64,000 nucleotides of DNA from Lama guanicoe (Eukaryota). Under the pieces are notes generated by a model, which saw only the letters and a program-made list of their open reading frames with translations, had not been told where the DNA came from and ran no database searches. This document shows positions 27,410 to 38,830 of the stretch, in pieces. Every line of letters starts with the position of its first letter. The first letter of the stretch is position 1. Made by a program: the position numbers and the translations under genes. The stretch is taken from assembly GCA_013239625.1 (NCBI GenBank), contig MU054391.1, positions 9,209,095-9,273,094 of the forward strand, written 5' to 3'.

Positions 27410-27900
27410 TAAATTGATTTCAATTGCAAGTAACAGAAAATACCCACTCCAAGTGTCTTAAACAATGAACAGGAAGTTTAGAGGGGTTGGTTGGTTTAAC
27501 ACTCGTTCATTCAGTGGCTCCAGTTTTATCCCTCCACAGTGCTGAGTGTACCAGCTTTGCCTTTTAGCTGGTTTTCCTTGTTAATCAAATATGGTTGCAC
27601 CTCTTCCAGGCATTAAAATAGCTTCCATTATACAATGTCCAGCAATGTGAAGAGGCACAGAGCCGTCTTCTCTTATGCCTCTTTCTCAAATTTAGGACCT
27701 TCGTGGGAAGCCTCAAAGCAGACGTGGTCTATGTAATTAGCCTCAGGTACTTAGTGTAATTAACTCTGTGTAATTAATCACAATGGGCCACATGCCTACC
27801 CTTCAACAAATCAGTAGCAAGAGGGATGGGCTCATCCTGATTGGTTTGTGTCATTCGTGAGTAACTCCTGGGGACAGAAATACAATTACCCATTCTGAGT
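27410..27900 (-). mobile_element. Old MaLR LTR (MLT1K/L-like) inserted into a MER5-type MITE (arms at about 27370-27405 and 27975-28072)
   Basis: attgcaagtaacagaaaatacccactccaagtgtcttaaac; atatggttgcacctcttccaggcat; MER5 arms cagattcccaggcc and gccagggttggggaccactg. Confidence 0.6.
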
Positions 27901-28282
27901 CAGTAAACTCCGGATTAAAATGAGGTCTTGCCAGTAGGGAGAAGAGTGGGTAAGTAACCATTATTGGATGCTACATAAACCAAATCAAAATCCTTGAAAA
28001 GCTCTAAAATCTATATATATATTTTTTTAATTTCAGATGATTATGAAAATCAGCCAGGGTTGGGGACCACTGTTCTAAACTCCGAGTGGCTGTTAGCCCA
28101 TTTGTGGTCTTTGTGTAAATTAGCAGAAAGTGCCTTCTCCCAGAGTCATAACCTTGTGAGTGTGCGGCTGTGAGCAGAGAGCAGCTTTGTTTGAAATGAT
28201 AAAAAGTAGCCCCTTTGTCATCATCTCCACATCAGGGAGCAGGGCAAGGACTGATCTCCCAATTCTCCGCCCCTCACCATGC

Positions 28283-28473
28283 CCAGTTGGTGTGCTGGCA
28301 AATGTTTAACCACCGGCTCCCTGGTTTGTAGAGCTTGTCAGTTTCTGTGGTGGACACATGCCCACCATAGTGGCTTTTAAGCTACTGATGTAATGGCACT
28401 GAAAGTGGAGTTGGGCGGTGATGTTCATAATGAGTGCTCAGAAGATGTATGAGTCAGCTGTCAGCACACCTTG
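28283..28473 (-). mobile_element. MER63A-like hAT MITE
   Basis: Terminal inverted repeats ggtgtgctg...cagcacacc; internal aaatgtttaaccaccggctc, aagctac, cactgaaagtggagttggg. Confidence 0.85.
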
Positions 28474-29739
28474 GCCGTGGACACACATGTGTGAAGAACA
28501 CGACCTGCACAGCCAGGCAACACCTGCCTGCAACTACACTTTCCTCCATGCAGGGAGAAGCTACCAAAATAAAACTATATGCACCTGGCAAAATTTTATT
28601 TAAAAAAATAATATTGAGTTCTTAGTTTTAAATACAAACCCGGGTAACTGCATTTTAAAAATCATTGTTTCAGAATCATTGTTTTCCTACCTGAGACGCT
28701 ACTCCATTTGGAAATTACTAATGAACAGAAACATCGTATATTTCAAGTAACACAAAGATCAAGAGTATAATTTATTACTCATTAGTGGGAAAGATTATCT
28801 TATATAAAAAAATAGAATTCATAAAAGGCTAAGTAAAGAATTAATCACTTTTATAAATAATGTCAAAAGAAACGATTATACCTTTCAATTTGGTTGAAAG
28901 CACAAAATATAATTTAGAAAATTTCTATCCCTGAAATTACCTGGTAATATAGAGGAACCTTAAACACTCCATTGCGATTTCTTCCTTTGCCTCAAACACT
29001 TACTTTAAATGTTGCTGTATATAAACGTGGATTGTGCCCCTTTTTTTGATATTGGTGTGGGGACTAAAATTAAGGAAGCTGGTATAGCCTATTGTGAAAA
29101 GCCTCATCTCTTGTGTCAGGATGCCCTGGGTGAAGCCTACCTGCCAGTGGTACAATTCTGGTCCACTTACTTAAGCTCTCCTAACCCCAGTATCTGCATG
29201 GGTAACATTAAGGTAAAATCAGCACCTACATCATAGAGCTTAAAAGAAACGTAGATGCAACAACTCATGCCTGCACTCAGCACAGTGCCCAGCGCAGTGC
29301 ATACTCCATGGATGTGAGCACCCGGGCGCTCGGCCACACGGGCAGATCTGGTGACCAAAAGCCGGTGAATTTCTCTCCAATCAACCAACCCAGAGCCATG
29401 GCAGCTACACTTTGAGCACCTCCCAGAGTTTATTCTCCTCTCAGAGTGAGGGAAACCAGGAAATAATAGTGATCGAGCAAGCGGTCTGCGCCAGGTCCCG
29501 GACAAGGTAATTTAACTCACACGTTCTTGCTTTTTTTACCGTCACAACTGGGTGATTTTGTGTGTGTGTTTCTTCCCCCTCCGCCGTTCACTCTTTCTAG
29601 TTCTCAGAGGGGTTTTACCTCCTCTACCCTCACCTCTCACTGTGTATCAGTCACCCACTAGGACTGAAAGGGAGAGGAAGCCTCTGGCCCATGTGGCAAA
29701 AAGATAGATTACTAGATGCACTGACAAAAGGCAGTGGCT

Positions 29740-30204
29740 TTTATTATTATTATTCTTAAGGTATAGTTGATTTACAAGGTTGTGTTAGTTTCTGGTGTAC
29801 AGCAAAGTGATTCAGTTACATATATATTTTTTTTCTTTTTCAGATTCTTTTTCATTATAGGTTATTACAAGCTATTGAATACAGTTCCCTGTGCTATATG
29901 GTAGGACCTTGTTGTTAAGCTACTTTATATACAGTAGTTTGTACTTGCTAATCCCAAACTCCCAATTTATCCCTCTCCCATTTCCCCCTTTGGTAACCAT
30001 AAGTTTGTCTTCTATGTCTGTGAGTCTGTTTCTGTTTTGTAAATGAGTTTGTGTCATTGTGTTAGATTCCACATATAAGTGATATCATATGATACTTGTC
30101 TTTCTCGGTCTGACTTACTTCACTCAGTATGATCATCTCTAAATCCATCTGTGTTGCTGCAAATGGCATTCTTTCTTTCCTTTTTTATGGCTGAGTACTA
30201 TTCC

Positions 30205-30207
<3 letters not shown>
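29740..30207 (-). mobile_element. L1 3'UTR (artiodactyl-type), followed by (TG)n at 30207-30241
   Basis: gtatagttgatttacaa...cagttccctgtgctata...tagattccacatataagtgatatc...ttttatggctgagtactattccattg. Confidence 0.9.
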
Positions 30208-30244
<37 letters not shown>

Positions 30245-30524
30245 AACTTGCTGTCAGGGTTACAACTACTCACTTGCATAAACAGTCTGCATATCTATAC
30301 CAGATAAATCAAAGAACAGCAGGTTGCTGTCCCCTGCTTTCCTATGTGAATCACTAATGTGTGCATTTCAATTCTGATAAAGAATAAGAAAGAGACCTAG
30401 CCTGGGAGGCAGGAGACCTGGATTCCAGTCCTAACCCTCATTAGCTCTATGACTATGTCACTTGACTCCCTGAGAGTGTTTCATTGTCTGAGATTTAGAA
30501 GATTAAGACACATGATAGCTCAGA

Positions 30525-30628
30525 TCTTTTCCAAATTTCTTGTTCTTTGAACCTATGTATATAAGATGACCATTCACTATTCTTTTCTAGATCTCTCGTT
30601 CTCTGAACCTGTGTATGTAAGATGACCA
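30525..30628. repeat. Degenerate tandem duplication (48-bp units, period 56) at the end of a MIR
   Basis: tcttttccaaatttcttgttctttgaacctatgtatataagatgacca versus tcttttctagatctctcgttctctgaacctgtgtatgtaagatgacca. Confidence 0.85.
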
Positions 30629-31149
30629 ACGGCTGCAGTATTAAGACAACAACCCCCCCTAAGACATTTCAGTGAATTGCTACGGAATTTAGACTGGAGC
30701 TGTAAAAATCAATAGCCAAGTCACCAAACACAGAAGTTAGCTTTCATGACTTGATTATATCTATGCATGGCAAATAACTTGGATTTAAATATTTATGATT
30801 TTGCAGCCAGTTTAGGAACGTAGCCTTTCTGTCATGTATTGAATAAAAATAATCAGTGGAAAATAATGCCTCTCATCAAGCTCCAGGCAGACGGAGTGTT
30901 GATCAGCCTAACTGCAGACATGGCAGATTTTGTTTAAATCAATCTTCCAACACGAGGCCTAAACGTATAAATACTGAACAATCACTCCTTCCCGTGGAGA
31001 CACTTGAATCTCTGTCTATGCTCCTGCATTTGTGGCATTCTCTCCATTTTGATTTTTCTATCAGCTTTCAAAGCCTACTGTAGATGGACAATGAAGTCTC
31101 TTGAATCTTCTTATAAGAGGTGACACTTGCTGCCTCTGAATTCTTTCAG

Positions 31150-32200
31150 TCAAAATTGTTCAGTCAAAAAACACTGAGCACTTTCTCTGTTGTGCTCCCT
31201 GGAGCTCAGAGCAGAGGACAGTATTACTAAACTACACTAGAGGAGTACACAAGGTGCCATAAGAACACCTTGCTCATTGGAAGGCTAAGGTAAACGTACC
31301 TGCGTAAATTTAAGGAGATGGTACGAGAGAAGGGTGGAAGGCAGGAGAGGGGCATGGTTGAGGCCGCTGCTCTGTTCTTGAATGTCTGCAGCTTTAGTAA
31401 ATTAGACACTGTTTCAGAAGCAGGCACTGTGAGAGGGCATAATTAATAAGGCTATAGAGAAAGTTAAGGATGATTTGTGTAAGGTGGCATAAGCCAGTGC
31501 CAGTTTAATGAGGGGGTGGACATGATCAGGTTAGTTTTTGATGAGAGAACTTTCTGACGTTCAGCATGGAAGACAGAACAGAAAAAGGCAAGACAAGACA
31601 AGAGGAAAGAGGAACAGTTCAGGAGGCCGTTGAAGTGACACAGACCGGATACCATGGCAGTGAGCACAGAAGCAGTAGAAAGGATGAACAGGAAGGTCAA
31701 GGTTAAAAGATGGAGAGGCTATAGCTGAGTGGTAGAGTGCTTGCTTAGCACTCACGAGGTCCTGGGTTCAATCCTCAGTACCTTGGCAGAAATAAATAAA
31801 TAAACCTAATCCCCCCCAAAACTAAAGTAAAAATTAAATAAATAAAATTATTGTGCTGTACACCAGAAATTGACACATTGTAACAGACTGTATTTTATTT
31901 TAAAAAATTAAAAATAAATTAATTAAATTTAAAAAATATTAAGAGTCAGAGTCAACAGGACTTTACTGAATGTAGTTATTGAAGGAGAGGGATGAATGAT
32001 AATCTCCTGATTCCCAGCTTGGTAAACAGGGTGAGAGATGGTGGTGTTCAGCAGGCAGAGCAGATCTGGGGGTTGAATAAATTTAATTTGAGGTGTGTTG
32101 AGTTTGAAATGCCAATGGAACACGTCAGTGGAGATGTCCATTAGGTATTTAAATATATTAAATCAGAAGCTCAGGAAAGTGACATGAACTTAAAGACATA
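31150..32200 (-). mobile_element. L2 fragments, split by the SINE at about 31709-31935
   Basis: gacatgatcaggttagtttttg; agagtcaacaggactt; gttgagtttgaaatgcc..ggaacac..agtggagatgtcca. Confidence 0.75.
31709..31935 (+). mobile_element. tRNA-derived SINE (vic-1-like) followed by an L1 3'-terminal segment
   Basis: tatagctgagtggtagagtgcttgcttagc..cacgaggtcctgggttcaatcctcagtacc; then ttgtgctgtacaccagaaattgacacattgtaac. Confidence 0.9.
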
Positions 32201-32263
32201 ATTTAATCCTTTTATTATGAACTATAACACATATCCAGAAAAGTATATAAAAAGAAACGTACA

Positions 32264-33022
32264 CCCACAAATGACAAATGCTGGAGAGGCTGTGGAGAAA
32301 GGGGAACCCTCCTACACTGCTGGTGGGAATGCAGTTTGGTGCATCCACTGTGGAAAACAGTATGGAGATTCCTCAAAAGACTAGGAATAGACTTACCATA
32401 TGACCCAGGAATCCCGCTCCTGGGCATATATCCAGAAGGAACCCTACTTCAAAATGACACCTGCACTCCAATGTTCATAGCAGCACTATTTACAATAGCC
32501 AAGACATGGAAGCAGCCTAAATGTCCATCAACAGATGACTGGATAAAGAAGATGTGGTATATTTATACAATGGAATACTATTCAGCCATAAAAACCAACA
32601 ACATAACATCATTTGCAGCAACATGAATGTTCCTGGAGAATGTCATCTAAGTGAAGTAAGCCAGAAAGAGAAAGAAAAATACCATATGAGATCACTCATA
32701 TGCAGAATCTAAAAAAAAAATACAAAACAGAAACACTCATAGACATAGAATACAAACTTGTGGTTGCCAAGGGTGTGGGGGGTGGGAAGGGACAGACTGG
32801 TGTTTCAAAATGTAGAATAAATAAACAAGATTGTACTGTGTAGCACAGGGAAGTATACACAGGATCTTGTGGTAGCTCACAGCGAAAGAGAATGTGACAA
32901 TGAATGTATGTATGTTTGTGTATAACTGAAAAATTGTGCTCTACACTGGAATTTGACACAATATTGTAAAATGACTGTAACTCAATAAAAAATGTTTAAA
33001 AATTTTTAAAATTTTAAATTTA
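32264..33022 (+). mobile_element. Young 5'-truncated L1 with 15-bp TSD
   Basis: Highly similar to 13835-14661; TSD aaaaagaaa(c/t)gtaca at 32249-32263 and 33023-33037. Confidence 0.95.
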
Positions 33023-33055
33023 AAAAAGAAATGTACAGCTTAATAAACTATTATA

Positions 33056-33197
33056 TTTGTTTTCATATTCTTTTTCATTAAAGATTATTACAAGATGTCA
33101 AATATATGTATGTATATGCATGAGACATTGTGCTGTACACCAGAAATTGACACATTGTAACTGACTATACTTCAATAAAAAAAAGAAAGTAAAAAAA
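33056..33197 (+). mobile_element. Short L1 tail with an inverted 5' part (33056-33097)
   Basis: Antisense L1 3'UTR piece joined to sense tatatgtatgtatatgc...ctgactatacttcaat followed by poly(A). Confidence 0.8.
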
Positions 33198-33208
33198 AAT
33201 AAACTGTT

Positions 33209-33352
33209 TTTTTAAGGTGGTTTTCTTTTTTTAACTTTTTTTATTGAATTATAGTCATTTTACAATGTTGTGTCAAATTCCAGTGTAGAGCACAAAATTT
33301 TTCAGTTATACATAAACATATATATATTCATTGTCACATTTTTTTCACTGTG
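33209..33352 (-). mobile_element. Short young L1 tail
   Basis: Reverse complement matches the 3' end of the 13835 and 32264 copies; flanked by aataaactgtt on both sides. Confidence 0.9.
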
Positions 33353-33369
33353 AATAATAAACTGTTATA

Positions 33370-34585
33370 AATTAAACAGCCATATAACTCCAACCCAGGT
33401 CAAGAAATAGAGCAATTACTGAAAGTCAAAGCTATTCCTAACTCAGGAGAAGAAATCCACCCACCGTCAGATCAGGTTCTACTTTACCCTTGACAGTTAC
33501 TTCTTTTCTTAGCACATGCGGATTCCCTTCTAAGGGAAGTAGAAACCAGGCATTTCCACTTCCAAAAGCCACTTGAATACCTCTTCCTAATCATAACCAT
33601 GTTCATCCCTCCTAACAGAACTGCCTTCTTGATTTTACAGTAATTACTTTCTTGTTTTCTTTTCTATTTTTAGCACCTAATTATACATTCTTAATCACTT
33701 TAGCTTAATTATACCTATTTTGACCTTTATAATGACATGGAATATATATATTTTTTATATCTAGTGTCTTGTCTTCAATGTACTTGCAAAATATATCCAG
33801 GATGCTTACTATGTGTTCCTGTGTTTCATTTGTTTTCTCTGGAATATAGTACTTTTATTTTTTGCTGGTAAATCTTTGAATTGCTTTCGCTATTGTGAAT
33901 TAAGCTGTTGTGAACATATGTATGATTAACACCTGGTAGACATTTCTGTTGGGTAAATAACTTGGAATAGAATTGTTAGGTCAAAAGATTGCATAGCATC
34001 CTCAACTTTAATAGAAGATATCAAAATATGTTCTTAGTAACTGTACCACTTACACAACCTTTAGCAGTAAATAAGATTTCCAGTTGCCTCACCAACCTTG
34101 CCAACACTTGATAATGGGTGCCTTCTTAATTCCAGCCATTCTGGTGAGTGTGTAGGGGTATTTTATATGGCATTTCATGGATGATAATGTTGAACACCTA
34201 TATATTAATTTCCATCTATTTATTAATCATTTAAGTATCCTTTTTGGTGGAATGTCAGTTCCAATATCTTGCCTGCATTTTTCCCCCAACTGGGTTGTCT
34301 GTATTTCTGTTATTGATTTATAGGAAATCTTTACATTTTCTAGATAAACGCCTTTTGTTGCAAACATGTTTTCTGACTCTGGATTTTTTTTTACTCTATA
34401 AATGAAGATGATTATTGAACAGACATCTGGTTTTAAATTTTCCTCAAGAAATTTGATTATTTTAGCTTTTACATTTAGGTCTCCAACTTATGTGCAGTTG
34501 ATTTTGCCTATGGCTTGAGGTTGGTATCAAGTTTCTTTTTTTTTCCAAATAGATATTCAGTTACTGGAGCACCATAAATCAAGTG

Positions 34586-34629
<44 letters not shown>

Positions 34630-35660
34630 AGTTTATGGGGTCTCTAGTCTGTCCAAATGACCATCTGTCTATCTTTTAACTACTCCCCTGCTATCTTAAT
34701 TACTGTAGTTGTAAAACACATCTCTATATTAAGTAGAGCAAGTTCCCTTTTTTCAGGATGTATTGGCTACTTTGGGCCTTTTACTATTTCATATAAATCA
34801 AATAATTCTGCACACTGTCACACGAATCATTGGATTTTGATGGGAATCACATTGGATCTATTGATACATTTAGGAAGAATTGATAGCTTTATTATATTGA
34901 GTCTCCCAACCTGTGGACATAGAATAATTCTCCATTTATGTTTTCATTAATGTCTCTCAAGTTTTCCAGACAGAGGTTTTGCACATCTTTGATTAGATTT
35001 ATTCCTAGAAATTTTCTAATTGTAAGTAGCAAATTTTAAACTTTATTTTCCATGTGCTACTGTATGTAAAAAAGTCTTTTGTTTTATTGATCTTATAACT
35101 AACAACCTCAATAAACTCTTTTCAATTTTACTAATTTCTCTGTATATCCTCTTAGATCTGCTACACCTAAAATCATATCATTAGCAAATAATGACATTTT
35201 ACTTCCTTATTTCCATTCTTACAACTTTTATTTGTTCTTCTTGCCTTATTGCAGTGGCCAAAACTCTCAGGGTTAAGAAAAAATGGTGAGAATAGGTATT
35301 CTTGTTCTCATTCTCAAACAGAAAAATTTTTGTCATGAATACATACAAAAAATCCTTAAAATATGAAAAAACTAAACTCTGTAATATATCTAAAGGGCAA
35401 CCCATCATGCACAACTTGGATATTTCAGAAATGCAACTTCTTGAGTCAGATTGACCTTTCATGTTTCTTTTTAGTGATATTCTTGTCCAATTTTGCCATT
35501 CAAGTGATGTCGGACTCATGCAACTAACAGGAAATATCGTTTCTCTGTCTTTTCTCTGGAGGATTTTATACAAGTTTTCTTTCTTAAGTATTTGATAGAA
35601 TTTGCTGGAGAAACCATATTAGCCTGGAGTTTTCTTGCTGGCAAAGTCTTTGCTCAGGGA
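33370..35660 (-). mobile_element. Old L1 (L1M) remnant; contains (GT)20 at 34589-34628
   Basis: Antisense ORF2/3'UTR motifs (ccttgccaacacttg; tttaggaagaattgatagctttattatattgagtct; aaatcatatcattagcaaata). Confidence 0.8.
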
Positions 35661-36819
35661 CCTACATCACTAATAGCCACAGACGTTATACAATTTTGTA
35701 GCCCTTCATGACATCTAAATGTTACTGCTGTCAAGGATTACTTCCCCTGATAGTATATAATCTTCTCGAAGGCCAGAACTTTATCGTCTACTCACTTACA
35801 ACTGCAGTGCACATCCTGGAACCTTCCACATTGCAGGTGCACAATGAATCTAATTGAAATAATTACATTATTCATTTGGGAGTCATTCTGGAGACTTAAT
35901 CCCAACATAAGATGTACGTCTTTTGTTTTATGGTCTTTATTTATCTCATTGGCCTCTATGGGGAAGGTTAGTGTATTCTCCAAGGGCTAATAAGAGCCAC
36001 GAGAATTTATGGGCATTTAGTACACGTGCATCAGCAGTCTAGGTGTGAGATGAGACCAAGGAAGAGGAAGCCCTGGTGATCTAGCTGAGGAGCTTCCAAT
36101 CTGGTAGAGGAGGCAAAAACACACATGCCAGTCCAGAAAAACGAAACATTTTCCTTTCTAGTTCTTGAAAAACATGGACTGTAGATTGCATTATCGCTTT
36201 CAGCAGCTGCACTGAGCAGACATAGCTCTCCAACAAGCACTCCTTTGAGAAATCTCAGGCTGTTGCCAGCCCCTCCATAATTTACGTGCTCTATTATGTG
36301 GTAACAGACTTTACTACCAGGCTTAACAATTTATATTGCATTCTTTAAGAGCCTGGCAATGTACCGCAAATTAGGCGATGTGAAGCACCTTGGAAATACT
36401 TTCATAATTTCAGCATCACTCTCATTCCCTGGTGAGAAGGGAGGTGAAACAGGGTTGTCTTAGCAAGTGTAGGTGCTGGGAAGGCACCGTGGGATGTGGG
36501 GCTTCCCACACTCATCTCTCTGTGCCTGTAACCAGAAGGCTAGGACCACAGAGCAGACCAAGAAGATCATATCTAACCCACCAGGAAAGCAACAATGTCC
36601 CCGGCGGGTGTGAGGACCAGAATCTGGAACTAAGGGTCCACGAGCAAAAAAATGGTTGAAATCATAAAACAAGGAGCCACAGATCAAGACCTAACTCAGG
36701 AAGGGAATCCAGTGAATACTGGAGATCACTGGCTTTAGCTCTTTCTGGCATTCTGAGTGTGAGCCAGATTTATTTAAATAGTCTGTAATGAAATAATAAG
36801 TTTTTAGAGGGAGGAACAG

Positions 36820-38830
36820 CATAATTTCTAGAGTCAGAGAGACTGGGTTTCAGCCCTATCTTGGCCTCTTACTAGCTGTGCAATCTTGTTAAACAAACAA
36901 AAACCAAAAAGCAAACAAACAGAAAACATCTGGTTTATCTAATTTTCAGGTTCTTCATCTATAAAATTAAAAATAACTAAATTTCAAGGCTGTATCCATA
37001 GTTACATGAGATTTTCATGTAAAATTTCCTAGCACAATGTTGAGCATATAAAAAGCAATTAATAAAGGCTGTTTCCACATGACAACTCATATTAATTAAG
37101 GTCATGTTAGATGAAAGAGAATGGAAACCTTGAATTCTAAGTGGTGTAACACAGTAAAACTTCTTTGCTCACTCATATCAGCGTCCACCGTGGGCACCTG
37201 TGGTTGGGCAGCCTTCCACCGTGTGTTTAGGAACCCAGGCTTCCTCGTCTTACAGAGCCCCTGGTCCTCGGTTATCGGTGTCCCGCCCATTCAGTGAGTG
37301 AGGGCAAAGGACAAGGAAGGCACACCCACTCCTTATGCACTTTGACTAAGAAATGTCACATCAGTGACGTGCTTCAGGAACCCTGAGAGTAGGAGGCTCT
37401 GTTCTCATATAGCAATTCCGGCCAAGCTCCCCAGCTTCCCCTCTGGAGATCTGTTATCCTCTTTACCCTGAAATGTGAGCGGGTCCACCCCGGGGAGGGA
37501 AGGGAGCCAGCTCCATCTTTATCTCCCAAATGGGATTATAAACATGCGGCGGATGGAGTCACCGTATGTTGCCGGGGCCGTTTGCTTATATAAACATTCT
37601 TGAAAAGATGGTCTGAAACAGTTTGGCCAATAATACCTCGATGTGTAGAAACCTGAAAGATCCAAGAATTGGTCCTCAGCACTTATAATGCCTGTTTTGT
37701 AGACAAAGGAGACTGACATTTACAAAGTTGTTTTTTAGCTTCCTGGAGGACACCTGGCAGCAAGCAGTGAGTGGAGAAACTGGAGGCACAACCTTGGTCT
37801 CCTTGGTCTCAAGGCTGGACTCCTTCCAGTGAGGAGTGGCATTTGAGGGCAAAGGCCAGTTTTTTCCACAAATGAGGAAACTGACACCCCAACAGGTGCC
37901 TTAGCTGAGATCATATAGTTACCAAATGATAAAGTGAAGACATGAACCCAGGTCTCCCTTGCTCTTAGACCATCAATACACTCCTTCAGGGTTCACAAGA
38001 TAAACCGAAGTGTAGCTCAGATACACCAACAGCCTCCCTGCAAATCCAGTTCCCCCATTTCTAACAGATGCTTGAGTCTTGGTCAGTTCCTTAACTTTTC
38101 TGAGACTCAAACCCCCTCTCTACTAACCGGAAAAAGAGACCTTCATTACAAGGATGCAGTGATGAGAATTAAAGTGAAATTCTAGACTGTAAAGCAGCAA
38201 ACAGCACCACACAGACTCCAAGAACAAGGGCTGGGGAGTCGCATGGCCCTGGCTGCCTGAGCTGTTACCTTCTATCCGCGTGACTCCCAGCAACGTATTC
38301 CACATCTCCTTGACTCAGTTAAAGCGTCTTTACAATGGGGATAATGGTAGCATCTACACGCTAGGATGGTTGGGAGGAAGTTAATACAGACAACGCACCT
38401 GGAACAGGGCCTTGTATGTAGTAAGGACACAAAAAGGGGGTTAGGTCTTGTTGTTGTTAGACATAGGGGGCTGCTGGAAATGTTACAGTCATCGATGCCC
38501 CTGTTCAGGACACCTCCTCAAGGACCTGCCCTGGGAGACAGGCGCACAGCATGTGCCTTTGGGCTCCCACCCCACTGCACTCAGAGCAGCTCCGCTGTCA
38601 CCTGAGTTATTCACTGTCCCTCTGTAGGTGGATTTCCTCCAATGAGGGTCTCTGCGTTAACGGTAAACAGAAACCACCTCCCTCTGTTTCGCTGCTTCTT
38701 CACTATTCTCGAGCTTGGTAAGTCACTCTCGCCTCTCTGGGCATCAGCTGCCCCATCTGTGAAGTGGTACGAGGGGAGGGGAGGGCGCAGAACACTAGCA
38801 ACTCTAACTGCCTCCCCCTTGTTCTGTGAT
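36820..38830. mobile_element. Multiple MIR fragments plus an MLT1-like piece (about 37100-37370), interspersed with unique sequence
   Basis: agagtcagagagactgggttt; aatgaggaaactga; aatggggataatggtag; taagtcact..cctctctggg; ggaacccaggcttcct. Confidence 0.6.
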
